Virus record (IMG/VR): IMGVR_UViG_3300025098_000048
Coordinates: 1 to 56,991 of that record
Source: a virus
Taxonomy: Duplodnaviria > Caudoviricetes
Length of the DNA: 56,991 nucleotides
Direction: 5' to 3' (one strand)
Each line of letters opens with the position of its first letter. Position 1 is the first letter of the stretch. Below, in pieces: positions 28,564-38,999 of this stretch. The notes under the pieces are model-generated. The model searched no databases. It worked only from the letters and a program-made list of their open reading frames with translations, and was not told where the DNA came from. Both the position numbers and the translations under genes were made by a program.

Positions 28564-31127
28564 TGGCAACAGGTGGTTCAACAGCAGGAACTCCTATTAA
28601 AGCATCAGGAGCAGCACCTGCATCTCAAAGTTATGAGTTTAATGATATGACGATATCTGCAAGGTTAAAAACAAACACTATACCTAATAGAGAGAATATG
28701 CGTAATGTTATATCACGTTCATTAAAGGAAGTTTATAACGAAACTAAAAATTCAAAAAACGATTTTTATCTATTACATACGTGGAGCTCTCCTATACCTA
28801 TTTCTTTAACAAGTTATATTACTGCAGTTTCAAGAAATGAAGGTTTAAAAGGCGGAAATCTTAGCTTAACCTTGAAAATGCCTTTTGCATTAATGAGAAC
28901 AGTATTTTCAGATGAAGTTGATACTATAACAACAGGCCAGTTTATAACAGTTAGGCATTATGCATCATTAGATATGAAAACAGAAACAGCTTCTGTTTAT
29001 GAAAAGTTAGATAATGGTTCTTTAAAGATAACAAAATCTAAAGTTAAACCGAGAACTACTTCTTTTTTTGGTATGATAACAAGCATACAGCAAACATTTT
29101 CAAATGTTGATGGAATAGATAACTATGCACAGGTTCAAATTGAAGCAAGAGATTTTATTGAGCCTATAAGAAACTGCAACTATGTTGTTATGCCAGGAAA
29201 CTTGCAAAAATCTGAAGATGGTGGAACTGAATCTGTTGCTAATAATAGTGAAATGAAGTTTTTATCAAACTTTATTATGTCGAGCAAAGAATGGGCAAAA
29301 CACATTAAAGAGATGGCTGATTTTGCTTCTGCAGAACATGATTTTCAAGAAGTAATACAAAACTTCATAACAAACTTTGGTTATATGTTAGTGCCACCTT
29401 CAGTAGGAATGAGTGTGTTAGAGTTTGTAAAAATATCAAAAGCATATCATCTCACGATCAGCAAAGGTGTTGCAGCACAAGTAGGTGTAGGTAATCAACA
29501 AACAAATACATCAGCTGGTAGCACTTGGACGACTTCTGGTGATATGCAATTCACAGCATTTCTAATGAGTATGCAAAGCCAATATCAATATTTTAAATCA
29601 ATGGATATGCTTTCATCAATGGCAGGAAGAGAGCTTGGGTTTTTATCACGTAAAGAAATCATTGCAAGAGCAAAAGCCAGAGCTAAAGCAGGTGGAAGTG
29701 CAGCTGGTGCAAGAGGAAAAGCAGATGCATCTGTAGAGAATGCAACAACTGGCCCATCTCCACGTTCATCAAGAACTGGTGGTATGAATAATACTTTACT
29801 TGGTGATAGAATAGGTGATATAATCGTAGTTGCAACAAAAAAATCAGATGTGCCAAAGAGCTCAATATGGTATCAGATGTTGCCAGAAAAACCTCCATAT
29901 CAAAGATTTATAACAAAGTTTCAGGGTGCTTTAAACACAAGAGGATCTGCTTGGAATAGAGTAATAGGCACATTTGTTTCTGATGATAGAATGATAGAGA
30001 TGATACCCACGTTAATACCTTTTTATAAAGAAGATTTACAAAGTGATGTTACAGGTGAGATTAGAAAAGTTGAAGGAAAAGATACATTAGTTTCAGAAGG
30101 AACCACAGCATTTAAACCTCGTGGGCGCATAACAAAAGCATTAGGTGCTCAACCAACGCTAATATATAGAATAAAACCTCGGCACTGGAATACACAGCTA
30201 AACAAAGATTTTTTAAATAAACAGTATTCATCTTTTGTTGAAAGCTATGATGCAGAAGCTATATACCCAATCCAATATCCTTTATCAGCTGAAGATGATT
30301 CAGTAAAAAGCAATGTTTCAATTAAAACAGATGAGTTATTACAAAACTCTTTATTACCTTTGAGTGGTGATAATGTTTTTGATTTTAATGCAACTTGGGT
30401 AGAAGCTAATAGAATAAACGGAACGTATATTGAAAGTTCTCTTTTAACAAACAGATCAGGTTTTGAAACAGGTGTTTTATCATCACCTATTATTGATATA
30501 TACGATGCATATAAATATGGCTTACGTTTATTCGAAGGCACATATCCGTATTTTAATGTTAGAAAGAAAAACGGTGATAAACTGCCAACAGCAGCAGCAG
30601 CTTCTAAAGGTGGTAAAAATTCAGCAGCAAGATTACTACATAAAAAAATAAATACTGCTTTTGCTGAAGAAATGTATTTAACATATGGTAATGGTAATAG
30701 ATATGCACAAGGAAGTTTAACATGCAACTTTCAGGGAAGCGCAGATTGGGGCCCAGGTAAATGGGGTTATATGTTTTTACGACCATTCGGCGAAGGCTCA
30801 GATGAAGTTATTTCACAGATAGGTTCAGATAGATATCAAGAAGTTGCAGGTCGAGGTGCTTCAAAAAATGGAAGAGTTCCAGGTGGCAGCAATGATTATT
30901 CAGATCCAACTCAAGCTGCTTATAAGTTTGGCAACTATAATACATTAGGAGGCACAGAAAATGTTTTCTTCTTTTACATCGACAGCATATCACATAATCA
31001 ATCTGTTGATTTTAGAGGCCATAAGATGGAAAGAACAACCATAAACTTCAGTAGAGGGAGTTGGCATAAACTCCCACCGATTATGCCAGAAGTTAGATTC
31101 GTTGAAAAAGCAGTAGGGAATAAATAA
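28563..31127 (+). CDS. baseplate hub-like tail protein
   Basis: 854 aa after tape measure; YKYGLRLF, GSLTCN, FFYIDSISHN..TINFSRG. Confidence 0.6.
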   Translation: MATGGSTAGTPIKASGAAPASQSYEFNDMTISARLKTNTIPNRENMRNVISRSLKEVYNETKNSKNDFYLLHTWSSPIPISLTSYITAVSRNEGLKGGNLSLTLKMPFALMRTVFSDEVDTITTGQFITVRHYASLDMKTETASVYEKLDNGSLKITKSKVKPRTTSFFGMITSIQQTFSNVDGIDNYAQVQIEARDFIEPIRNCNYVVMPGNLQKSEDGGTESVANNSEMKFLSNFIMSSKEWAKHIKEMADFASAEHDFQEVIQNFITNFGYMLVPPSVGMSVLEFVKISKAYHLTISKGVAAQVGVGNQQTNTSAGSTWTTSGDMQFTAFLMSMQSQYQYFKSMDMLSSMAGRELGFLSRKEIIARAKARAKAGGSAAGARGKADASVENATTGPSPRSSRTGGMNNTLLGDRIGDIIVVATKKSDVPKSSIWYQMLPEKPPYQRFITKFQGALNTRGSAWNRVIGTFVSDDRMIEMIPTLIPFYKEDLQSDVTGEIRKVEGKDTLVSEGTTAFKPRGRITKALGAQPTLIYRIKPRHWNTQLNKDFLNKQYSSFVESYDAEAIYPIQYPLSAEDDSVKSNVSIKTDELLQNSLLPLSGDNVFDFNATWVEANRINGTYIESSLLTNRSGFETGVLSSPIIDIYDAYKYGLRLFEGTYPYFNVRKKNGDKLPTAAAASKGGKNSAARLLHKKINTAFAEEMYLTYGNGNRYAQGSLTCNFQGSADWGPGKWGYMFLRPFGEGSDEVISQIGSDRYQEVAGRGASKNGRVPGGSNDYSDPTQAAYKFGNYNTLGGTENVFFFYIDSISHNQSVDFRGHKMERTTINFSRGSWHKLPPIMPEVRFVEKAVGNK

Positions 31128-31969
31128 TGTTTAATATTAGTGATAAGCCTTTTGTTTTTGCTGGTAAAAAAGCTTCATTTATAAATGCACAGATAACTGA
31201 TGTTTCAATAGATGAAGATACAAATAAAGTTTTTGTTGATTGCGTTGATGATAGAGGTGAAGTTTATATAGAAGTTTTTGTTTTATTGCCGGTTGGTGGA
31301 GGAATGAATACTTGGGGTAATTTGCCTGTTGAGGTAGATAATCAAGTAGTTATATTTACTCCAGCAGAAGGTGAGCCTATGGTTATAGGAAGCCAGTTTA
31401 AACCAAACGACGTTGATGTTATTTCAGAGCAAACAGTTGCAACAGATGCAGATAGTGATGTTATTGAGTATTCAACAAGTGATTACGTCGTATCAAACTA
31501 TAACTCAGAAATGACGTTAGCAAAACTTAATGGGCTTATCCTTAATACCAATCAAGATGCAAGATTACAACTAAACGGGGATAACTCTGTGTTTCGTATT
31601 TCAAAAGGCGGAGCAACTATAGATAATCCTCTGAATGGCCAACAGTTTATAGATACTCTATTTTCATACCTTGCACTATTAGAAGCTAAAGTAAATGCAA
31701 ACAGCGCAGCAATAGGAGCACAAGCACCTTATTCAAGTGCAGCAGCAACGGCAGCAGCAGGCGTTCATACCGCAGCAGCAGCAACAGCAACCGGAGCAGG
31801 CAATGCAGTATTAGCAGCATCAGAAACAGCAGCTGCCGAACAAGATGCTGCAGCAGCAGCAAACATAACATCAACTGCTTCAACTGCTGCAACAGCTTTA
31901 ACAACAACTTCAGCTCAAACTAAAACTCAAGCTGAAGGTAATTTAAATCTAAATATAAAGATACCATAG
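31127..31969 (+). CDS. baseplate spike (gpV-like) protein
   Basis: OB-fold-like N-terminus, LPVEVDNQVVIFTPAEGEPMVIGS. Confidence 0.6.
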   Translation: MFNISDKPFVFAGKKASFINAQITDVSIDEDTNKVFVDCVDDRGEVYIEVFVLLPVGGGMNTWGNLPVEVDNQVVIFTPAEGEPMVIGSQFKPNDVDVISEQTVATDADSDVIEYSTSDYVVSNYNSEMTLAKLNGLILNTNQDARLQLNGDNSVFRISKGGATIDNPLNGQQFIDTLFSYLALLEAKVNANSAAIGAQAPYSSAAATAAAGVHTAAAATATGAGNAVLAASETAAAEQDAAAAANITSTASTAATALTTTSAQTKTQAEGNLNLNIKIP

Positions 31970-31977
31970 GAGAAATA

Positions 31978-33912
31978 ATGTCGAACTATAACCCTGCGAA
32001 AGGTTTTTTAGATGCAATAAAAGGTTTTTCGTCAAGATACTCAAGAGCTTATGTTGCTGGTATAACACCACCTTTTGGAATGGGTGGAGCGTATGGTTTA
32101 TTACGAATCCCTGCTAAATATTACTTAGAAGTTAGAGACGCAACTGGTATAATCTTTACAACAGCTTTTCCGATTGATCCATCAAACGTTCAAATAGGTA
32201 GAGCAAACCCAATACGTTTAACACATACTTTAACTGGAACATTTAGAGAGATATCACAACATAAAGAACATCAAATAACTATTTCAGGTAGAACAGGATT
32301 AGATAGCAGAGGAGGATATAATAGAGATGGTGGAGTAATGTTTCAAGACGCAATCACAATCTTTAAAGAGTTTGATGAAATGCTTAAACATTATGTTGAA
32401 ACTGCAGCATTAGAATTTGGCCAAACATCTAATCTAAGAACAAGAGATGCTTACAGAGTAGTTGATGGTTCAATGAATATAACCGGCGGCACAGGCCCTG
32501 GTGGATTACATATGGTTTTAAGATGTATTGATGAAGATGCACATTTTATAGTTGAGCCGATGGCATTTAACTATGGTCGTGATGCAAATACAAATAGATT
32601 TGATTTTCAATACTCTATTCAATTCAAAGCATATGATTTTGCTTACTTAACGAAAGATTACCCAGCTATTCTTGGAGTTTTAGATGGTGTAGATAGCACA
32701 GTAGGAGCCGCATTAGGATACGTTCAGTTGCTTGATAACGCTGTTAATAATGTAAGTAATGATTACGTTGATGGATTTAGAGATTCAATATCACAGATAA
32801 AAGATGTTTCTAAAGTTATTGCTAATCTAATGAACTCAACTGGTGGATTACTAACAAATATCGGTGGCATAGTTTCAGATTTTAATGAAGTTATTGATAC
32901 CTTTAGAAGTGGTGGGCCGATAAATAGCTCTATTGAAAATCTTCAAGCATCTGCAGGTTTATTAGGTGCAAGCCTTGGTTTAACAGCTGAAGAAGTGGCA
33001 GCAGAAGATGCTAATGCATATCCACAAAATCAAGCTATTTTAGAAATACAGAAACAAGCAATAGTTACACACAAAGAAGCAGATATTGAACCTCCTGAGC
33101 CTGAATCTGAGCAAGAGTTTCATGAGTTTGCAAACTTTACTGCTATTTCAAACATAATAAAAAATACTTCACAAATAGCAAGAAAAAGTGTTGATAGAAA
33201 CTATTTTGAAAACAGAAGAAGAAATAAAGCTGGCAATAAATATGTATTAGGAGAATACTTGAGTAATGAGAGTAATCTTTCAGCATTAACAAAAGGTGCC
33301 GGTATTTCTGCAGCAGGAACTGGATTTTCAAAAAATGTTCCAAGATATGTTCATACTCTGCAAAAAGATGATGATTTAAGAAGAATATCTTTAAAATATT
33401 TTCAAACAGATACAGTTGCTGAAGAAATAAAAGATTTAAATGGTTGGAGAGATTTTAGGCGAATGGCTAACGGAAACTTCCCAGAAATAGGTGATAAGAT
33501 TTATATTCCACTCGAAGGAATGCAAAAAAGAATGAACCCGTTTGCACCATTAGGTGATTACCATTCAACTGATATACAGTGTGAAATAGATGATTTAGAG
33601 TTTAACAACATTTCAGGTGATATTGAGTTAGTGGGTGGAAGAGAAAATATTAAACAAACTATAAAAAATATTTTATTTACTAATGAAGGTGATGTATGTT
33701 TATACCCTTCTTTTGGTGTTAAAAACGTTACAATTGATGATCCAGTTTATGCAGCTGCTGTTATTCGAGAAGCTGTTATTGCAAACCCTCGTATTGTTGA
33801 TGTAAATAATATAGTTATTGAGCAAGTAGATGATAGGCTTGTTATAACAATGAACGTTAAACTTGTTGATAATGATACTATGCAAGTTACAGCGCCTATA
33901 CCTGGCGCATAA
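31978..33912 (+). CDS. baseplate protein: tube-initiator-like region, LysM-like and gp25-like domains
   Basis: HTLQKDDDLRRISLKYF..EIKDLNG; GDIELVGGRENIKQTIKNILFTNEG..YPSFG..NPRIVDV. Confidence 0.7.
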   Translation: MSNYNPAKGFLDAIKGFSSRYSRAYVAGITPPFGMGGAYGLLRIPAKYYLEVRDATGIIFTTAFPIDPSNVQIGRANPIRLTHTLTGTFREISQHKEHQITISGRTGLDSRGGYNRDGGVMFQDAITIFKEFDEMLKHYVETAALEFGQTSNLRTRDAYRVVDGSMNITGGTGPGGLHMVLRCIDEDAHFIVEPMAFNYGRDANTNRFDFQYSIQFKAYDFAYLTKDYPAILGVLDGVDSTVGAALGYVQLLDNAVNNVSNDYVDGFRDSISQIKDVSKVIANLMNSTGGLLTNIGGIVSDFNEVIDTFRSGGPINSSIENLQASAGLLGASLGLTAEEVAAEDANAYPQNQAILEIQKQAIVTHKEADIEPPEPESEQEFHEFANFTAISNIIKNTSQIARKSVDRNYFENRRRNKAGNKYVLGEYLSNESNLSALTKGAGISAAGTGFSKNVPRYVHTLQKDDDLRRISLKYFQTDTVAEEIKDLNGWRDFRRMANGNFPEIGDKIYIPLEGMQKRMNPFAPLGDYHSTDIQCEIDDLEFNNISGDIELVGGRENIKQTIKNILFTNEGDVCLYPSFGVKNVTIDDPVYAAAVIREAVIANPRIVDVNNIVIEQVDDRLVITMNVKLVDNDTMQVTAPIPGA

Positions 33913-33981
33913 AAATGTTAAAATAACTTCAAAATGAGGTTAAAAATAATATATACTAATATATGAGGAGATTAAAAACAA

Positions 33982-35388
33982 ATGGCATTTACACCGAGAA
34001 CAAACGGCCAAATTCTTAGAGAGCTAACTTCTAAGGTAGTTGCCCGAACTGATTTAAATGATGTGCAAGTTGGTAGCACATTACATATTATACTTCAAGC
34101 TTTAGCAACAGAAATCGGCAATACAGAAGCTCGTATGTATAATGTTAGAGAAAGCTTCAATATCAATAGTGCAACCGGCATTGATTTAGATGAAAGAGTT
34201 GCTGATTTACCACCCGTTGGTATATCAAGAAAGAAATCTGCAAGAGCTGCTGGTGCTGTATTAAAAATAACTATTCTGGCTCAAGCACAAGATTTATTAA
34301 TCCCAGCTGGCTCTCGAGTTAGTAGAAGTTCAGATGGAACAACGTATGAAACAGCATTAGATTATATTATCCCAGCAGGTGATGATGATATTGATGGAGT
34401 TTATATTGTTGCAACAACTGGTGGATTAATAGGCAATGCAGATGCAGGTAATATAGATACAATAGCAACAATGCCTTCTGAAGTTATTAAAGTTGAGAAT
34501 CTTCAGCCACTTACAAATGGTATTGATGAAGAAGAAGATAATAGTTTAAGAGATAGAGCACTAAGATACATTAGAAGTTTAGGTCGCTCACAAAAAGAAG
34601 CTATAGAGTTTTTAGGTTTAAACTTCATTGATAGTAATGGAACCTCGTTTAAGTTTGCAAAGGTATGGGAAAATCCTGAAAAACTGGGTTATTCTGAGCT
34701 TATTGTTGATGATGGTAGTGGATTATCAAACATGGCTGTGCCGGGAACAACATATACAGATACAGTTCCTGCTGGTGGCTGTGATATGATACAACACGAA
34801 CGTCCTGCAACTGATGTTATCAAAGCATCAGAAGGCCAACTAACTATATCACGAGGCGGAGTTCCTGTGCTTATAGGAGAAAGCTCTTATACATCAATAC
34901 CAGAACGAGGTTTAATATTTTTTAACGACCCAACGTTTTTACAAGAAGGTGATGTTTGGAGCATACAAAATTACGATGTTTATAGAGGTGCTATTGCAGA
35001 ACTTCAAAGTGAAATAGAAGGTAATCCAAATAGAGCAAGTATTCTCACAGGATTTAGAGCTGCTGGAACACGTGTTAAAGTTGAAGCGCCAGATGTTAAA
35101 TACATTGGTTTATCAATAGGTATATACGTTGCTACAGATGCAAATTATCCTGCTGTTAAAACTGCAGTTGAGAAAACAACTCTAAACTTTATAAATAATC
35201 TTGGAATAGGTGTTGCGCTTTATCCTTCACAGCTTGCTCGAGCAATACAAGATGCTTCTCCAGTTAGAGGCGTTGAACTATATGTGAAAAATACAACAAA
35301 CAAACTTGGTATAATATACCCAGGCTCAAACAGAAGAGTTCTTAGAGCAAGAGCTGTAGATATTATAACATCAAATCAGTCGTCATAA
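33982..35388 (+). CDS. baseplate J-like wedge protein
   Basis: VGSTLHIILQALATEI, ATGIDLD, IPAGSRV, GGLIGNADAGNI, NGIDEEEDNSLRDRA, RAAGTRV. Confidence 0.9.
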   Translation: MAFTPRTNGQILRELTSKVVARTDLNDVQVGSTLHIILQALATEIGNTEARMYNVRESFNINSATGIDLDERVADLPPVGISRKKSARAAGAVLKITILAQAQDLLIPAGSRVSRSSDGTTYETALDYIIPAGDDDIDGVYIVATTGGLIGNADAGNIDTIATMPSEVIKVENLQPLTNGIDEEEDNSLRDRALRYIRSLGRSQKEAIEFLGLNFIDSNGTSFKFAKVWENPEKLGYSELIVDDGSGLSNMAVPGTTYTDTVPAGGCDMIQHERPATDVIKASEGQLTISRGGVPVLIGESSYTSIPERGLIFFNDPTFLQEGDVWSIQNYDVYRGAIAELQSEIEGNPNRASILTGFRAAGTRVKVEAPDVKYIGLSIGIYVATDANYPAVKTAVEKTTLNFINNLGIGVALYPSQLARAIQDASPVRGVELYVKNTTNKLGIIYPGSNRRVLRARAVDIITSNQSS

Positions 35389-35405
35389 CATTAACGGAGT
35401 TTTAA

Positions 35406-36881
35406 ATGATAAACAAAATAAATTTTTATTCACTTGAACAGTTTATATTATCAGATGCGCAAAATCTTCAGTCGCATTTGTTTGATTATAACGAACAAGT
35501 AATCTCAAGCCTTTTAGGTGCAGAAAATAACGGTGCGCTATCAAGAATAACGAGGAAATCATATTCATCATCTACTGAAACGTTGGTGTTGAATGATTTT
35601 AGATGTGTTCTTCAGGGAAAGATTTTAAGGCAAACATCTGATATTGCAATAGATTTTTCATCAATGGATACGTTAGCAAACTTATATTACACAGCTAATC
35701 AAAATGCAATGACGGATTTTCAGGATGTTAATCTTTATGCAAGAGTTGCTGATGAATCGACTGCAAATGAAACAAGAAACTTTTGGAGCCCAATAAATCA
35801 AGCCTCAATACAACAAGATGTTGATACTCGAACAGTGCAAACTATGGATATTAAAGCTGCTCTTTCAACACCTTCAGCAGTTGGATCTTATGAATACAAG
35901 AAAATAGGTTCAATAAAAGCAGATGGTTGGTTGGTTTCTGTGGATATAAACACAGGGCAGAATAGAGTTACACCACAAACTATTACAACAAACTATTTGT
36001 TTAATAACTACTTTGCAAGCATTAGAATCGCTGATTTAATATCAAATGGTTTAAGAGGCCCATTCTTTGCTTTGGAAAGTGCGCTTGATAACATTCTTAA
36101 AAATGGCCTAAACGACCCAGCTGCTACAGATAACTCACCATTAGTTGGAGGGCAACCAACCCTTTCACTTCAGGGATTAGCAGCATTCGTCGGTAATAAT
36201 ATCCATAAAGTTAGAGCGCGTATTCACTTAAGCGCAACAGCTAATAATAACTGGCCTGCAAATACTGAGGTTGATTTTGATAATCTAACAACAGTTGCTC
36301 CATATACAGAATTGTTTCCTATTGCTATAGGTGGAGCTCAACCTAATAGTTTTGGGTTTAATGGAACTGTAGTAAATCACAGCTTTGATTCTGCGCTTTG
36401 GGCATTACCTTTTGATAAATCAGAAGTTTTGGATGCCACAGGAGGTGCAGGATTAGCAGCTGATACTAATATGTTATTGATTGTTCAAGATCTTGATAAC
36501 CCTATCGATGGGCCAGATGGTGAAGATATAAACGTTAATACGACTTTTGGATATCACTTAAAACAAGGATTTAATAATCTATGGGGCTTTACAGGAACTA
36601 TGGCATTAGGTGGCCCAGTTGATTATCTAAACGTAGGTGGTGGTTTAGCATGGAATACATCAGCTAACTCACAAACAGCTATTACTTTTTGGACGAATCT
36701 AACTCAAAACAAAGCAGAAAATAATAGATATGAAGAAATGATTAAATCACACTTTATTAATTATAACGGCTCAGTTATTGATGGTTATACATCAGATTCT
36801 CCACCACAGCCTATTATCAGAAATACACCAACATACATAAACTTACCTACTATTAAGTTTATATGCACAATAAAGAACTAA
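35406..36881 (+). CDS. putative baseplate / fibre-attachment protein
   Basis: 491 aa after baseplate J. Confidence 0.55.
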   Translation: MINKINFYSLEQFILSDAQNLQSHLFDYNEQVISSLLGAENNGALSRITRKSYSSSTETLVLNDFRCVLQGKILRQTSDIAIDFSSMDTLANLYYTANQNAMTDFQDVNLYARVADESTANETRNFWSPINQASIQQDVDTRTVQTMDIKAALSTPSAVGSYEYKKIGSIKADGWLVSVDINTGQNRVTPQTITTNYLFNNYFASIRIADLISNGLRGPFFALESALDNILKNGLNDPAATDNSPLVGGQPTLSLQGLAAFVGNNIHKVRARIHLSATANNNWPANTEVDFDNLTTVAPYTELFPIAIGGAQPNSFGFNGTVVNHSFDSALWALPFDKSEVLDATGGAGLAADTNMLLIVQDLDNPIDGPDGEDINVNTTFGYHLKQGFNNLWGFTGTMALGGPVDYLNVGGGLAWNTSANSQTAITFWTNLTQNKAENNRYEEMIKSHFINYNGSVIDGYTSDSPPQPIIRNTPTYINLPTIKFICTIKN

Positions 36882-36897
36882 GGAGAGGAAATAAAAA

Positions 36898-38904
36898 ATG
36901 GCAATTACTTTAGCTTTAACGGCGTCAAACGCAACGCCTAATCAAGAAGATTTACCAGAAAGTATCACAGTTAGTGCAGTCGCTACAGATAGCGATGATA
37001 GCTCAGCAGTTTTCGCATTTAGCTGGCACTTTTTAGGAAAACCTCCTTCAACTACGGCTGCGCTTCTTAATCCAAGAGCAGCTTCAACAACTTTCAGTGC
37101 AGATTTATGGGGTAGTTATAGATTATTCTGTATAGCACAAAATACATCATCAGGTGCTACAAGCATAGTTGATCCACTTGCTGCACCTTCATCTTCTTTC
37201 TTAGATATTGAAGTATTATCAACAAATCACGACTTAGTTAAACCTGCTAAAACTCAAAGAGAATGGCAAGGAAGATATTGGGAGTTAGTTGATGTTGTTG
37301 AAAACCTTACAGTAAATGGAGATAATGCAAGCACAACAGTTAAAGGTGTTGTGGAGTTAGCTAATGAGGTTGAAGCAGCAACAGCAGCTGGCTCAGCTGA
37401 TAGTTCAACAGGTGCAGATTTTTGTATTTCACCTGAAGTATTAGTTACAGTTTTAGGAAGCAACGATGCTAACGGAAACTTACCTTCTTCAACAGTTAAT
37501 GTTTTAAGAAATACAGTTAAAACAGCTGCACTCGAAAAGATGAATGAGGTATCAATAACAGAATTAGCAGATGTTGATACAACTACAAATGCTCCATCTG
37601 CTGGCCAAGTTTTAGTTTGGGATGCAACAGCTTCTGATGATAGTGGTGATAATGATACAGGTGCTTGGGTGCCGGGCAGCATGCTTACTGGTGATATTAC
37701 TTCTGTTATAGCAGGATTAGGCCTAACTGGTGGTGGAACAAGTGGAGATGTTACTCTTAACGTTGCAAACTTAGATACAACACATATTAATGCATCAGCT
37801 TTATTAGTAAGTGGTGAAGCCTTTGTTGATAATGATGCATCACTAATGAGTGCTGCTGCTATTAAAGATTTAATCGATGCAAATGTTGGTGGTGGCTCAG
37901 CTTCTGTTGGTGATGCAAGAGATATACAACTTTCAGATGGCTCAGGTGCATTCTTAGAATCAAACTGGCAGATATCTGCAGGTGATGATTTTATCCCAGT
38001 TACAGATAATGCTTTTGATATAGGTTCAACAACAAAACGCGTCCAAAAAATATATGCATACGATGCTAAGTTTTATGATGATGTTGTGATTGATGATAAT
38101 CTAACAGTTTCAGGAACAGCAACGGTTATAGAAGATGTAGTTCTTCAGGATTTCGCAACTTTAGGTGATAATGGAAGTGCTGGAACTTTACTATTTACTG
38201 CAGGAGATAATGGTTCTTTAGCAGGTAGTATTACTAACAGTGCAGATGAAACTATTATAAAAGCAGAAACAAGTGGAACAGAAGCTAAGTTATCATTGCA
38301 AAATAGTGCAGCATCTAAGGTTACATTAACTACTCAAGGAAAACAAGGAACAGCACATACTATTGAACTACCTTCAGCAAGTGGAGAGCAAGGTGATGTT
38401 TTATACGTTACTGATCACGCAACTAACGAAACTGAGGTAGAGTTTAGAACTCCTAAGCAGAGAGTAGCTTATACAGGATTTACTGAAATTGATGGAGTTG
38501 CATCTTCTTTCTCTGGTAGTAATATGGCATCTTATGCAACAGACGAACAAGCTTGCGTATATTGGGTTAAGAATAACTCAGGGAAAACTATTACTTGGAA
38601 AGCTGCACATATTCACGTTGGGCATATGATGAATGCAACTCTTAAATTTGCACTATGCACAGCAGCATCTGATTCTGCAGCATTAGCAAACACTTGGACG
38701 TTAGTTGGAACCGCATTTACTATCACTAACTCAAGTGGATCAGATAATACTTTAGGCCAAGCACAAAACTCTGTTTATATTAATCAGGATATTGCTGCTG
38801 GTGAATATTTCGGTATTACTTGCACTAATATACCTCAGGCATCTCGAGATGATAAAAAGATAAGCATTTCATTCGAAGGCGAAAAAGAGTTAGATTACGC
38901 TTAA
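36898..38904 (+). CDS. tail fibre / receptor-binding protein candidate
   Basis: PKD/Ig-like N-terminus, ASTTVKGVVELA, GDITSVIAGLGLTGGGTSGDVTLNV fibre motifs. Confidence 0.75.
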   Translation: MAITLALTASNATPNQEDLPESITVSAVATDSDDSSAVFAFSWHFLGKPPSTTAALLNPRAASTTFSADLWGSYRLFCIAQNTSSGATSIVDPLAAPSSSFLDIEVLSTNHDLVKPAKTQREWQGRYWELVDVVENLTVNGDNASTTVKGVVELANEVEAATAAGSADSSTGADFCISPEVLVTVLGSNDANGNLPSSTVNVLRNTVKTAALEKMNEVSITELADVDTTTNAPSAGQVLVWDATASDDSGDNDTGAWVPGSMLTGDITSVIAGLGLTGGGTSGDVTLNVANLDTTHINASALLVSGEAFVDNDASLMSAAAIKDLIDANVGGGSASVGDARDIQLSDGSGAFLESNWQISAGDDFIPVTDNAFDIGSTTKRVQKIYAYDAKFYDDVVIDDNLTVSGTATVIEDVVLQDFATLGDNGSAGTLLFTAGDNGSLAGSITNSADETIIKAETSGTEAKLSLQNSAASKVTLTTQGKQGTAHTIELPSASGEQGDVLYVTDHATNETEVEFRTPKQRVAYTGFTEIDGVASSFSGSNMASYATDEQACVYWVKNNSGKTITWKAAHIHVGHMMNATLKFALCTAASDSAALANTWTLVGTAFTITNSSGSDNTLGQAQNSVYINQDIAAGEYFGITCTNIPQASRDDKKISISFEGEKELDYA

Positions 38905-38999
38905 AATGAATAACGACGTTTAATCCTGGTTAAACTTTTATAAACGCTCTATGGTAAAACATAGGGTGAGGCATCAAATAAAACAGAGAGGAAACAGAT

